A DNA stretch of 64,000 bases from positions 7,750,001 to 7,814,000 of the forward strand of contig NC_073413.1 in NCBI RefSeq assembly GCF_028641065.1. The letters run 5' to 3'. The position numbers and the translations under genes are program-made. Shown piece after piece: positions 12,052-27,200 of the stretch. Under the pieces are notes generated by a model. It had not been told where the DNA came from, searched no databases, and saw only the letters and a list, made by a program, of their open reading frames with translations. Source of the stretch: Leucoraja erinacea (Eukaryota). How positions within the stretch are numbered: the stretch's first letter is position 1; each line of letters begins with the position of its first letter.

Positions 12052-12272
12052 TCAGCTTGCTGCGATTGTGGTGCCACTGCCCAGCTTCATGATAATCTGC
12101 TGGCAGTCGCTGAGTGACCGCTTGTCCCCGAGTTTCTCCAGCGTGCGTGCGGCCTCGGCCAGCATGACTGCTCTCTGACCCGGAGAGGAAAGAAATGAGA
12201 GGGGAAGGTGGCGGCACGCCAGGAGTATCGCTGTCGCTTTCTCCCTTTGGCCAGGTAGAGCATCCAAGTCAC
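12052..12272 (-). CDS. SREBF2: SREBF2 exon 19 (last coding)
   Basis: [49 protein letters not shown]...GTTIAAS*. Confidence 0.93.
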
Positions 12273-15200
12273 CTAATTTAAAAAAAAAAAGTACAAATAA
12301 ATTTCACAGGCTTGTTTAGTGTGGGAGGCGAGCATTTATTGGAATCCTAACGTAGCACATGGTAGTACATCTACTTCCTGTTGCACTGCACAGGACAGAA
12401 TTCATAAAAATATCTGCGAAGGATCAGCAAGCTGAACAATCCACCACTATAATTTTCTTGAAATCGAGTTGTTTCCCAAAATAAAACAAACACTGTTGTG
12501 AGGCAAATTAAACTTTACACTACTTGTAAGTTACTTAACGTTATTTAAGCTTTAAGCAATTCATTTCTTTAATACATAAACTCAGAAACGTCTGGCAAAC
12601 ATGGCTGATTCCGCAGGCCTGTCCCGCCCGAAATCTCTGCACAAGCGCACACTCTAGAAGAGCCCCGCACATGCGCCCACTTCAAACACCTACAGTGCAA
12701 TCATATTAAGGAGGATGAATGTGAAGTTTTGAAAAAGATAAACAAAGCACAAGGACAGGTCAAGGGGTTTAACATTTTTAAGAGTGGATCAACAAGATTT
12801 GTCCTTGGCTTTTAAAAGATGCAAGGATTTGACCAAACCTTTCAAAAGTTTCTTGGCTACACGGAACTGGAAGATTGCTGAAGTGACACTGCTGATTGAA
12901 GTAGAAGATAGAAATAGGTCTATGGACCAAAAGAGAACTGCAGAAGCTGGAAATACAAAATAAAAACAGATAATGCAGGAGAAACTCAGCAGGACACACA
13001 GCATCACAGGAAAGAGAATCAGTTAAAGTTCCAGATCCAGAACCGTTCATTAGAACTGAAAATGAAAGAAATACGTTGGTCTCGGCAGCAGAGAAGTCAA
13101 AAGAGGGGCAGTAATAGTGAAATAATGGAGTAGATAAACTTCTTTGTCTGCTGCAATGTTGTATAATCTGACTAAGCAAAACAAAATGGAAAAGATGAAA
13201 GGTTGGCAGGCACAAATGGCTAGTTCTCATACAAACAGAATGAAAGAGCGAGTTATCTAAAGTTGGAGAATTCAATATTTAGTTCTGCAGGCTGCGACAT
13301 GCCCTGACAGAAGGGATTGTTCCTCAAACTTGTGTTAGGCTTTATTATAACAATGTAGGAGGCCACAGACAGAGCGAGAGATGGTGAATTAAAGTGGCAA
13401 GCAACTGGAAGCTCAGAATCACTCCTACTGACTGAGTGCAATGGAATCACTCAGTCTATGTTTGGTTTCTTCGAAGTAGTGGAGGCCACGCTGGGAACAC
13501 TGACTTGCAGCACAGTGGAACAAAGTGCAGTGCAGCACTGCCTTCAGCCCACACTGTCTGTGTCAAGTATGATGTTGAGACCGACTCCTATCAGCTCACA
13601 CTTAATCCATGTTCCCCCATTCCCTGCATATCCATGTGCCTATCAAAAGCCTCTTAAACGCCACATTCGATTGGAAGGAAGTTCAGTTGAGCGCGACATT
13701 AGTTGTGGATATTTAGACACGAGTTGTTAAAGAAGGGAAATCAACATTGACTTGCTGAAGGCAATGTCAGGACTGACCAAATTGAATGTAATTGTTTTGT
13801 GCCAGTTACAAGAACTTTCATGAGGTAAACAACTTTGTGTATTTTACAATAAAACTCCAATAATCCATTAGCTCAAGACTTAAGCCAGGCTGGTAGATTT
13901 TCCAGAATATTGGATTTCACTCCATTAAGATGACACACATTTAATTCTCTCTTTTTAAAAAAAAAAATGCTACCCAGAGGATGGTGATTTTAAAAGGAAT
14001 TTTAATAGGATTTTAAAAGGAATGTGGGAAACTAAAGCTGATGCATTTTAGAGGGAGCATTGGAAGTGGGTCTTGGTAGGTTAAAAGGGATCGGGGATTT
14101 TACACCTAGCAAGCAAATGGAGAACCTTTGGGATTGCCAAACCATCGGATAGCAGAGCATGGTGTTTGACAAAGTCAAATAAAAAGCTTTGGAACGAAAA
14201 ATGTTCCATGGGATCCATGGGAAAGTGGCAAGTTGGTGTAAAAGTGGGCTTAGCAACAGAGCAATAGATAATGGTCAATGGAAGATTTAGTGACTGTAGT
14301 GGTACGCAATGGGATTCCACAAAGATCAGAGGACTTTTGTGATCTTTGAGATATATGTGGATGATTTGCTTTGAATTGTAATTAAGAAAATTGGTGATTA
14401 TACCCAAGATGATAATGAGGAAGTGAGTTACAGTGCGAGAAGAAATCAGCGGACTGGGTAGGTGGGCATAAAGTGGAATTCAGCCTGGAAAAGCGTGAAC
14501 TAGTGCGCTTGGATTTGGCAAAGAATGCGAAGAAATGTAAGATGCAATGTAGAGGTCGAGAAATTAAGAGGAACAGCAAGATCTTGTAGTGCATCTTCAC
14601 AAATCTCCCAAGACAGGTAGATAAGGTGAATTAAGGAGGAATATGGGATACCTGCCTTTATAGGCTGAAGTACAGAATACAGAGCAGGGAGGGTTATGCA
14701 AAAGATCATATGGCCACAGCTGGAGAACTGAGGAGAGTTTTGGCTGCCAAAATAGAGTAAGAGTATGATCGCAAAAGCAGTATGTGCAGAGAAGATATGC
14801 GAGGACTATCAGGGTGGAGAATTATCACCATGAGTAAATCCTATCAAGGCACAGGTCACTTGAGGGAACAAAGGTGAGGAAAGGAATATGTACAATTATT
14901 AAAGCCCTAGACAGAGTAAACCTCCTTTTCTTAGCAGAGATCAGTAAGTAAGAAACTAAAATATAAATTAGTTGCTAAAAGGATTGACTGGGGGGTGGGG
15001 GGGAGAGTGGGTACAGATTAAACAATAACATGGAAAATGGATAATACTCAGTACTGTGGGAAAAAATGCCAGAGCTGAAGAGAAAGAACAGGATAGATCA
15101 AGAGGTGGCACAAGCACAATAGGCCAGGAACACAAGTAAATGCAAACAGTAACATACTTTAAGCAGTTTAAAAGCAAGTGGATGTTTTTGCTTGCAATGG

Positions 15201-18200
15201 TCTCTGTTGCTAGGACAAGGTAATGGATGTTACATATGAGCCTCCAGCAATGGCGGCTGGAAGACAGGTGTGAAATGTATTTACCTTTTTGGACGGGGTG
15301 TGAAATGCGTCTCCTCAGACTGTGCTCCAGAAGCTGGTGTGTTCTTGTTGGACTTGCACCCGCCATCAACCTCACTGTCGTTTCATGCAAAAACATCTGG
15401 AAGAAATTTCCAGCATGTAAACCATTTAAAGAGAGAATATTACACTCACTTTAGTTTAGTTTAAAGACACAACGCAGAAACAGGCCCTTCGGCCCACCGA
15501 GTCTGCGCCGACCGGCGATCGCTGTACACTAGCACCATCCTTCACACTAGGGACAATTCTCAGTTTATACCAAAGCCAATTAACCTACAAACCTGGACGT
15601 CTTTGGACTGTGGGAGGAAAAAGGAGCACCCAGAGAAAACCCACCCGGTCACGGGGAGAATGTACAAACAGCGTCCGTAGACAGGATCAAACCCGGGTCT
15701 CTGGGGCTGTAAGGCAGCAATTCTACCATTGTGCCACCGTGCCGCCCCATCACATTTCATTCACCCATCCCCCTGAATACATCCTCCCTTCTAAAACCCT
15801 CTACGACCCAACCCTGTGGCCTCAACCACTTGCGGGTTCTCATTTCAATAACTGTCCAAGTAAATCAATTCAAACACCAGCAACACTGATGGTCCTACCA
15901 CTAAAAATAGCTTTTTCCCCCCAACCAAAACTTAACTTTTAAAACATTTTGTGCATCAGTATCACAGCTGCCTCTGCAATAATAGAACTGTTTCATGTCT
16001 TTTAAAGTAGAAATCCCTAAAGGGAAAATATTAAAGCAGCTGCAACTGGTCTTGGATTGAAAGGTATTCTCCCATAATTATACTCTACACCCTCAGACAA
16101 ATAACATTGTGTCTTTACCAGCTGAGAAGTCGATGCCTATTTTGTGACATTACCACCCAAATACAGAACAGGAATAGGTCCCGGCCAACGTTCCATTATT
16201 CATGAATGGACTCTCACCACAATTATTACACAAAATATTGCACAAATCAGTTGATAGCAGGGTATTGCTATAATTGATAGAAAAATTATGGGCTAATATA
16301 ATTATGATCTTTTGCCCCAATTTGTAATAAGTGTCGAGGCCCTGAACATGTTCTGTTTACTTACCTTACGATGTGCTGGTTTAAAAGTCTGTCCAAGCTT
16401 CCTGAGACTGCTCAAGTCTTGTTGGAATCCTTTCAGTTCCAGACTTGATGCTTGATAGGCCTCTCCCACGGCTTGGCTGGAATTTGCTTGTTTCTGCCAC
16501 AAGGTTGTACGAATTGAGAGCAAAATGTCGCAGATCAACAATTGCACTGCCTGCCAAGAACAGAAAAAATCAAAATGTCATTGCCAGACAAGTAAGCAAT
16601 GATAATCCAAGCTTTCCCCCCCCCCCCCCATCTTACGATAAAATATATTTCACATCACCATCCTTTCTCCAATTTTGCATCAATCCATCTTAAAAAAATG
16701 AAGGGATGTACATTAAAAATAATGAGAACATATTATTGCATCTGCAAGGTTGCTCATAGAAACATAGACATAGAAACATAGAACATAGGTGCAAGAATAG
16801 GCCATTCAGCCCTTCGAGCCTGCACGGCCATTCAATATGATCATGGCTGATCATCCAAATGCTCCGATAGTTCACTGCTCTTGGGACTTTGGTAGAGCTG
16901 TATTGACAAGATTTACCAGACCTTGGTTGTTACTCCAAAACCCCAGCAAACTTTTCTATTGCTTTTCTTTAAACATGTTATGCACTGTTGTGAATTTTCC
17001 AGTGTAAATGAGTATAAAAGGGAGCAGGAAATATAAAAGCAGCCTGAACCTCGGCTCCAGCCTTGCTCCTGACCTCTGGTGTTTGGGACCCCAACCCTTC
17101 CTCCAACTGCACACCAGGCCCACAGCTGGAGCCCAGCCTCAGCTAAACTCCACACCCTCACTCAGGCACATGGCCCTCATGCATCCTTGACCATCGACTC
17201 ACATTCCAGACTAACGTGTGAGCCACATGCTGAACCATCAGGATCCATATCTATTTGATGATATCAATGCGAAAAATGGAGAAATCAAGAAGATATTTTT
17301 CTTATCAGTGGTGGGATTGCAGGACTCACTACCCTTTATACCATGTAAATAAATAGCAGAGGTGTATTTGATGGGAGGTTATACGTGCAGCTACAAGCTT
17401 ATAACAGTTGGGTAAAATGGCCAGTTTCCTTTGACAGACATATTCAAGGCTGGGTATTGTTCAAGAAAGGTCAGATGTGCAGTTAAAAATCTTGCACACT
17501 GGCCTCATGGTGAAAGGACATCACCAGCCATGAATGAATTGTAAGACCTGGATTATGGTGAATCGTGTGTTCACTTGCCGATGCCCAGGGCACACCTCTG
17601 TATTGCACTGCAGACACATTGCACAACATCGCAGGCACATGCAATGCAACTACAATGCACCCCAGAGGCCACCATCTCATTTTTGAAAGACCTGAGCACA
17701 CCTTTGCCCTGCCTTCAACTACAAAAGCAGCAGAATTTCTACTGCAATATGGCTGATTTGTAGGTTTTAAAGCTGCAGTTTGGACAGTGCAAGTGTTTGC
17801 TGAGATGCAGGAACCTCGTTGCTATTGCTAAGGCGCGGAAACCATATGAAACAATGGGATGACGCCAACGAACAGCTCCGTACCTGGTGAAGCTTCGTAT
17901 CCTGGTGTGGGCTAGAGACGGACAAACTGTTGCATAGATATCCACTGGCCCTCTCACAGCGCAGGAACGTTGTCTGGTGAGCATCTCGTTTCCCCAAGAG
18001 AGTTGTCTGCATCGCTTTGCAGATGTGAAGAATAGCCTTTGGCAATGAGCTCCTATATTTGGGAGACAAGAAAATAATTATGCAATGGTGACAAAAAAAA
18101 TCAATATTTTCTTGCAGAGTTAGATTAACACCGTTGTTGAAGAATAAATGACGATTAGAATGTTTGCAATTATAATTCTCGTGCCCCCTAGTTTTACATG

Positions 18201-21200
18201 GTGAGTGAACAGCTTCAATTAAGAAGTAGGGTCTTCTTCTTCTTGCGTATGGCGTGCACAGCCTAAAATTGTAAGACAACTTGTTCTGTTTAATCTTCTG
18301 TTTGTGCACGCCAGGTTGATTGCATTCGTCGAAACAGGGTGGACCACGTGAAGGTTGCAATCTCCCACCCCAGGAAGTAGGGTCTCGACCCGAAATGTCG
18401 CCCATTCCTTCTCTCCAGAGATGCTGCCTGTCCTGTTGCCTGACCAATTAGTATCTCCTGCACATAATCAGTCCCTCTATCCCTTGCATCTCCATATCAA
18501 GTGTGTTTAACTCAACCCTCCATCTCCCATCAGGAAGGCCTTAAACTCCTCCGTTTCATTCTCCACCGCAGAACCATCCAATTTCCCTCTACTAACACTA
18601 TTCCGCCTAGCAGAGCTGGTCTTTTTTTAAATTATTTTTTATATAAAGAGTCTGAAGGGTCTTGACTCGAAACGTCACCCATTCCTTCTCTCCAGAGATG
18701 CTGCCTGTCCCGCTGAGTTACTCCAGCTTTTTGTGTCTATTTTGTGTTGAATTAATATATGTACTAAAATGGAAAATTCTTACTTGCAGCAGCACAACAG
18801 GTTTGTAAACCCAGTACTCAATAGATAACATAATAAACAAACAAAAACATGTTAAATAAGTAAAACATCCAATGTAGTGCAAAACAAAACAAAGCCCTTG
18901 TGCAACATGGCCGTTTGTAGTGTAGTTGGAGTTAGTAGTGTTCAACAGACCCTTCGGACTATTGAGCCCACTCTGAACATCGTTCACCTGTTTACACTAG
19001 TTCTATGTTATCTCCCTTTCTTATCCACTCACTACACACCATGGGGAATTTACAAAGACCAATTAACCTAGAAACTCGCACTTTTTTTTCGACCTGGGAG
19101 GAAAGCGGAGCACCCGGAGAAAATCCACATGGTCATAGGGAAAATGAACAAACTCCATACAGACAGCATCCAAGGTCAGGATCAAACCTGGGTCTCTGGT
19201 GCTGTGAGACAGCAGCTCTATCAGCTACACAACTGTGTCGCCCAAAGGAAAAAACTTTTTTGAGGAAAAGACTTTCCTTTAAAGCAGAGCATTCATAAAG
19301 CAAAGGTAGACGAAAATGCTGGAGAAACTCAGCGGGTGCGGCAGCAACTATGGAGCGAAGGAAATAGGCAACATTTTGGGCCGAAAGAAGAAAGAAGGAA
19401 GAAAGGAAGAAGAAAGAATAAGAAAAAAAATTATAAAACAAAACTCTGTACATGCAAGGGGATTATTTCACGTCCAAATTCACTGCCTACTGTTTAAAGT
19501 ATCAACCTTCACTTAATATGAGAAAAATGAAACACTGACGTACTCAGCCATCTGCAGAGATTTGGGTATCCGTTCTACTTCAGTGAACAATTCCTTTGCT
19601 GTTGTATCGTCACCCTGAAGCCAGTGTACAACAAACACGACAACGGATGCCCACCATTTACTGACAGGATCGGGACCTGATAAAGTGATTAGAAATATTA
19701 TTTTACTAACACAAGCAGTTACTTTTGTTTCCCCATGCAAAATAGTTGCGTTGCTTGCATAAATACAAAAGATGTAGCTTAGGTTTGAAGCAAGGCATTT
19801 TACCATTCAAAGGCATAAAAAAGTTTGAAGACTATCTGATGAAATTATTGAAAGTCGTTTCAGAACTAGTAGTTCTTTGCTAGCAATCCATCGAACATTG
19901 GTTGAGATGTGAGATCATGGGGACTCGGGATAGCTCAAGGGAATGGCAAATATTGTACAAAAAAAACCCATTTCAATTGGAGGGGATGTCAGAAGTTGAA
20001 ATCAGTGACATACAGCACACTTGTGTGCCCTTCGGTCCACCAAGTCCATGCTGACCATTTTGCCCATCTATATTACTCTCATTTGGCCACATTAGGTCCG
20101 CACCCTTCAAAAATAAACCAAAAAGTAATTTCTGCACAGACTTGTTTGCAGAGTAATCAAGAATGCTCCTTCAGAGCAGGAAGAGGATAACGGGGATCTC
20201 ACTGAAATCTAATGAATAATGGGTATCTATCTGAATCTAGATAGAGTGGATGTGGAGAGGATGTTTCCACGAGTAGGAGAGACTAGGATCAAAGGGCACA
20301 GTCTCAGAATTAAAGGGCACACCTTTAGAATGAAGATGAGGAGGAATTTCTTCAGCCAGAAGGTGGTGAATCTGTGGAATTAATTGCCGCAGATTGTGGT
20401 GAAGGACAAGTCATTGGGTTTTTTTTAAATCGCAGATTGATTCCATTTGGTTCTTGATTAGTGGGGCTTCAGGATTACGGGAAGAAGGCAGGAAAAAGGG
20501 GGGTTAGAGGGAAATATACATCAGCCATGATTGAATGGTGGAATGGACTTGATGGGCTGAATGGCCTAATTCTGCCCCTATGTCTTATGGTCATATGATG
20601 GGGAACATGGCATTTATTCACATCACTGCCTTTAATTGATTATTCTGCTCATTTTTAAATTATTGATCCAAAATCAAATCATTCCAAAGCTAAAAACTCT
20701 CACCTGCAGTTCTCCTCAGACTGGAATCAATGGAAAAAGCCTGTGTACAATTTCCAGCGGTGTCAGCACAACTTTTAAGTAACTGCAAGTACTCAAAAGC
20801 ATTGGAGAATTCTCTGCAATAGACAATACATTTTAGTTTAGTTTGGAGATTGGCAATGAAACATAGATCTTCCACTGAAAATCATCTTCAACTCAGCAGA
20901 TTATATAGTAAATCATATTATTCTTGGTTCCTGAAATTGTATGCTTGTACTTATGATATGCCAATGAATATATTCTCCATTCTGTGACCAATTGGGTTTT
21001 CTCCAGGTGCTCCGGTTTCCTCCCACACTCCAAAGACATACAGGTTTGTAGGTTAATTGGCTTTGGCAAAATTTTAAAATTGCCCCTAGGGTGTAGGATA
21101 GTGTTAGCGTACGGGAAATCGCTGGTCAGCATGGACTCGGTGGGGCGAAGGGCCTGTTTCTGCGCTGCATTTCTGAAGTCTGATGGAGAATTTTCTAAAT

Positions 21201-24200
21201 CCCCATTTATCCCTTTGTTTCAATACTTGCAAAGGTTTAGGATTCCAAAATGGAATTTTGGATTTTCATGTAATCTTTGTGAATAATATAATCTATAATG
21301 GTACAGCATTATCGGACTGATTTTGGTTAAGATTTGCCTTCATTCGCCAAAAATGATATTACTGGGGCAGGACAAAGCACTGCTAAAACAATCAAATCTA
21401 AATCTCTTCCAAAACAAAAACAAATAAATCTAATCGGAGAGTCAATTCCCAAAATGTAGGATAACAAAATTGTGAGGAGTAGGAGGTAATATAATCCGGC
21501 TTGATTCTATTTTGAAGACAACAAACTGCAGCAATTTAATCAAATATTCTGTTCCTCCCAAGAGCTAGACTGGAACGTTTATCCTGCAGAACCAAGGACC
21601 AATTTTTCTGATGTCAGGGTCAAGTCAGGACACACAATGATCTTTTCTTTAAAATATGTGTAATTTTCCGAACTAAAGGGGTGTTTGATTCAAATTATTT
21701 ACCATGGAGAGGCTGGAAAATGCAACTTTCCCACAAAAACTAATTATCCCTCATTTCATTTATATTAAAATCCTTTGCCTCGCGTAGAAACAGACAATAA
21801 AGAATTATTCAATTCACCAATTATCTTTCTGTAAAGGAGAGGGTTCAGGAAATTAAGGAATTATTTTCTCCAAGCTTCACAGTTAATGTTAAATCTACTT
21901 TTCTTCAGCTATTCGCTCTACCCCATATAACCCCCCGTCCCCACCACTTCCATTAGACCAGTGTACATACCCAGCATCCTCAACCTCTGGTTTGACCAGC
22001 GAGTATACAGCTTTCTCAAGCAAATTTTCACAAAAGGCCTGGTTCACTTGGGCTACTGGATCAACTGCGAAAGGCAAAGTATAAATCACAATGATTAGCA
22101 TCTCCAGTTCAGCCTCAAGATTGGATGCAAATTATGTATTGTATAAAATACACTGGTACAACGTACTCAGTCTACTGAATAACACAAAAAGTATGACATA
22201 AAAAATCTTATATTAGGTTCACTTCCTGCATCAATGGGAGATTCAAATACAGGTACATGGTTTCCAGAGATGATTCTTTCAATGCAGGTCTTCAATCTTT
22301 GTTCCGCTTTTAAAATTATACTTTATGCCTATCTCTTTGATCAAACCATCAGTTGTCAGCCTTGATATCTTATGTGAAATTTTGATTAATACCATGCTGG
22401 CAAAGTGCCTTATAATGTTTTGTGCTGCAAATTATGTGATATTAAAACAAGCTTTTTAGTGAGTTTCTCACTGTGCAACTATATAATATAGCTCTCTTTA
22501 CTTGCAGAATATGCTGCCATCCATGTGTAATTTACCAAAGAATAGCAAGTAATTGTTCAGAATCTCTGTCAAAAAATCCTGAATCTAAAAGAGCCAAATA
22601 AACTTCATTTGGTGGAAATATAAAATAAAATGCGAGAAATAAATCTTCGGCAAGTCAGACAGAGTCTGTGGAGAGTGAATAAATCTTCAGTAAGTCAGAC
22701 ATCATCTGTCGAGAGTGAAACAAAACTAATGTTTCGGGTTAATGAGGCTTCCTCACAACATTAACTATATCTCACTCCACAGATGCTGCCTGACCTCAAC
22801 ATCTTACGGCATGGAAACAGGTCCTTCGGCACAACTTGCCCATGCTGACCCAGATGCCCCATCTACACAAGTCCCGCCTGCTGATAATTTTTACTTAATA
22901 TACAAGAGGAGAACTGAAGCTGTGCGCCATCATGAAATATTCTGAAGAATCAGAGTTTGAAGAAGGGTCCCAACTGGAAACATCCTCTATCTATTCCTTC
23001 CACAGATGCTGCCTAACCTGCTGAGTTACTCTAGCCCTTTGCATTTCGCTCAAGATTCTTTGTGTTCCCTCGAAATATGCTTGACCTTACTTGTTAATTT
23101 GCTCTCTATTGGTCAAATTGTATTGCTCCAGTGTTGACCAGACACAGTAATGATTGGATTCTAAGTAGAGAACACTGTGACTCTTCCAATGAGCCAGACA
23201 ATATAAACGCCCTTCACCACCCCATTTTATTTCTTCTTTGCATTTTCAAGTATCATTAATCCAAGCATGTGTTCACATATCTACTATTTTCTTGTTTTTT
23301 TTTATTGTTAGATTTTAGCACCTGAACGATGTGAACAAAAAAAAGTTTAATTACTGAAACTCTGAGCCATCTGGAAAAATAAAAAATATGCATTTCTTTA
23401 TAATTCAGAAGAATTGTTGAGGACTTTGTACTTGTGGATCTTGGACAAGACTCATTACCCGGGTTCCTTGGAGAGCTGAAGAGACTTCCCTTAGGAACTG
23501 ATTTAAGCGTCCAATTACAATCCACAAAGAAACGGCGTCCCAGAGGATGGAAAAGCCATTGACAGGTGCCGGGATCAGAACCACACGGAGATTGGCAAAC
23601 CCGCTGGGCTCGACGCAGGAAATAACCCTGTGAGCATGAAAAACATAAGTAATACACAAACCACAAGCATATCAACTTGAACACTGAGTTTTGGCCCAGT
23701 AACAAAATCAGTCATTAAACATTTGCAATTGAGAGGAACGGATAACTTCATAATGTTCTTCTGTTGACACATTCCTGGCATTGATTGGAGAATTAGGATT
23801 TCAATGTTGTAGGGGGGATCTTACAGAAACATATAAAATTATAACAGGACTGGACAAGCTGAATGCAGGAAAAATGTTCCCAATGTTCGGCACGGACTTG
23901 TAGGGCCGAGATGGCCTGTTTCCGTGCTGTAATTGTTATATGGTTATATGGTTATATGTTGGGTGAGTCCAGAACCAGGGGCCACAGTCTTAGAATAAAG
24001 GGGAGGTCATTTAAGACTGAGGTGAGAAAAAAACTTTTTCACCCAGAGAGTTGTGAATTTATGGAATTCCCTGCCACAGAGGGCAGTGGAGGCCAAGTTG
24101 CTGGATGGATTTAAGAGAGAGTTAGATAGGGGCCAGTGGAGTCAAGGGATATGGGGAGAAGGCAGGCACGGGTTATTGATAGGGGACGATCAGCCATGAT

Positions 24201-27200
24201 CACAATGAATGACGGTGCTGGCTCGAAGAGCCGAATGGCCTCCTCCTGCACCTATTTTCTATGTCAATGTCTATGTCTATGTACACACTTGAACCATCTT
24301 TCATCATTCAAGGTTCCATACCAGCATAGGAAGTTGCCTATAAACAATCATCTCTACCTGCCTATCTGTGAGTCTGAGGAAGGGTCCCATCAGTGTCTCA
24401 TACATTAGACACTGAATGAACTATATTCTCCCAGAAATTGGATACAAAACCATTCATTAAAACTTTATCTTACTAACTTATTCCTAACAACCAAGCACAG
24501 CACAAAGTATCTACTTACCAACATGAAGGAGAGTCTGCCACTAAATTTGTTTTTTAGACAAATGGCAGCAGTTATATAGATTTCTGCCATGAGGCTTTGG
24601 GGGATTTTCTCCTCTGCACACTCAGCTAGATTAACTGCAGACAGAGCTAGATTTATAGCACTTCCACGGCCTTGCACCACTTTATCTAAAATGAAAAGAA
24701 ATGCAGATAAAGAATTGGCATCAACTAAATGTTTCCTATTTTGCACTTCAGATGATATGGTTTCCAGGCAAAGGATGGACAAAATAATTTTTCAGGACAG
24801 TTGAAGTCTGTTGCTACGTTCTCTGTCCAAGCCTTTCATAACTTGAATAATTTCTATAATACTGGATCGCAGTATCCAGCTGAAATAATTAATAACGTTG
24901 TAACAAAAAGGACTAATCGGCTACAGTAGAAATCAGTCAATAAGTGCATTATAAAATATAAAGTGTATATGAAGAAAGCAAATAGCAGTTTTGATTTCTA
25001 AATGGAAGGAGTGTCAGGCTGTAGACTATTTGAAGAAACCTGGGGTAGAAATCTCTGAGAGAATAGATAAATATGACCAATTCTTAAGGAGTTGGTCTCC
25101 TTTCATCGACTTTTTGGAATCATGTGATGCAGCGGTACCGTAAGGATTGCTGATTTCAGTTCATGACGCGGATAGATCTACATCTCCGAATACAGATTTG
25201 AAAAATTCTCTTTTAAGGGGCCTTCTCTTCTATTTCTACTTTCCACTTTCTCTCTTCCTTTTTTTTATTTTTTATATACACACTTCACGTTTTTCTACTC
25301 TCTACCATCTATTTTTCCACTTTTTCCCCTTTCTATTGTTTTCTTTTTCTTGTCCTGCTTACTTCCTTCTTATAACATAAAACTAGAGGTTGTACATAGA
25401 ATGGATTACGGTATTACATAGTTGGCATCTAAAATTAGGTGCCACTGTACTGTTTTGTGCTGTATTAACTTCTAATAAAATAAACAAAAAAACAAAAAAA
25501 ACAAAAAAAAAGAAATCTCTGAGTGAGGGTGCAGTCAGGATGCTGTTTAGAAAAAAAAATCCAGGCTTCCCCCCCCCCAGAGGTATGGAAAAAAGAAGCT
25601 TGGAAGCAATAACGAGACTCGATAAAATCATGTCAAGCCCTCAGAATTTTAGGCCTCATATGGAGCTCTATATCATAGGATATATTTTATACGGTGCTAT
25701 CCCCATCACAATAGTCACTGGGAGAAGAAAATGCAAACACAAAGAATTTGGAAATAGTCTCTTCAAGGAGGACAACATAACTTCCCATGATTCAGCCATG
25801 TGGTCTATTCCTTCTGTAATTAGAGTGGTGAACATTTTGCACACTGCAAAGGTGCCATAAACTGCAATAAGGTCACCGAATCTACATGCAGCCGTAACAT
25901 TTCAACCCCAGCTTTCCCTTTATGCAATCAGGTCAAATGAACTGCGAAATGTTACCACGCTCATCATGTTACAATACCTGTCAACTGCAGTTGATGCAGT
26001 TTATGATGCACCAGTGCAGCATCTCGTGCACTCATTTTGGCTTCCTCTTGAAGCTGCGCATCTTGCCGAAACCCTCTCGTCCACTTCAGCAGCCAACGCA
26101 TAAACACCAGCTTCTGAATGCTGTGCCGAATGATATTCCAGGAGAGGCTACAGGCCAGGTCAAACCGGGTGGCCGGCAGTGCACGTCCCAGCACCAACAA
26201 ACAAGTTTGCAAGTTTCCTGCAGCTGCAATAAAGGCACCCTGCAATGGAAAATTCATCCCTGATTTAATTATATGTACATAGTTTAGGGTCAGGACCTTT
26301 CTTGAGTATGAAGAAAGGCTGCGGTCTGACAAATTGTCTGTCCATTCCCCCCACACAGATGCTGACTGGCTCGCCGAGTTCCTCCAGCACTTTGCTCATG
26401 ATTCCAGCATCTGTGTCTACATAATATGCATAGGATCATCAGCAGCATATTCCCGATCTCAAGGGACATTTATTATTTTGTTGTATTCATTAATATCCTT
26501 GCAACAAATTTTAAGACGAGGGTCTGAAGAAGGGTTTCGACCCGAAACATTGTCTATTTCTATCAACAAAATTAAAAAATTCATATACCAGGTCCCATGG
26601 CACTAAATGTAATATTATAATATATTATAAAGATCTTTATCATGGGTCCATCTGAGTTACAGATTCCTTTAGTGTACAATAGTCTGGTGCCAAAAATTCC
26701 ATAAACAAGATCTCAAATCAATTTAATACAGAGAACAGCAGATTAAAGTTCCAGCCATTCTAGCCAAACACGTCCCCCATCTGTAAAACACTACTTTTGG
26801 ACCAAAAACAATTTTTTTCCCTTCATTTCTAACGCCTGCCTTCCAATGAACTTTGCATGAAATTTCCAAACAGGGGCCAATGTCAAGCTGTCAATGCTGA
26901 CTGGGAACAGAGTTAAGAATCTCAAAAATCACTCGACGTTAGATTCACAACCACAGGATCATAATCTTGAGTAGTTCTTACAGGATTAGAAACCTACACT
27001 GCAACATACGAGTCTGTTAAAAACTATGTGGCCACACTGCGTGTGATCAGTACAACTCAAACTTCATAGGTCAAGAAGCAGGTTGCTTGCTTGCTACTTA
27101 TAAAAAGACTAATAGGTTTGTAGTCGCAGAGTATTTCAACTTCCCAACCTAATCTTCCAACAGATTTTATTTCAGATTTCCAGCATTCCCTCCCCTCCAC

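Noticed and set aside
13490-13560. Second miR-33-like hairpin (gtgcagtgcagcactg)
   Set aside because: No GTGCATTG seed and no convincing long stem
15690-15748. tRNA gene
   Set aside because: A/B boxes belong to the tRNA-derived head of a SINE; no complete cloverleaf
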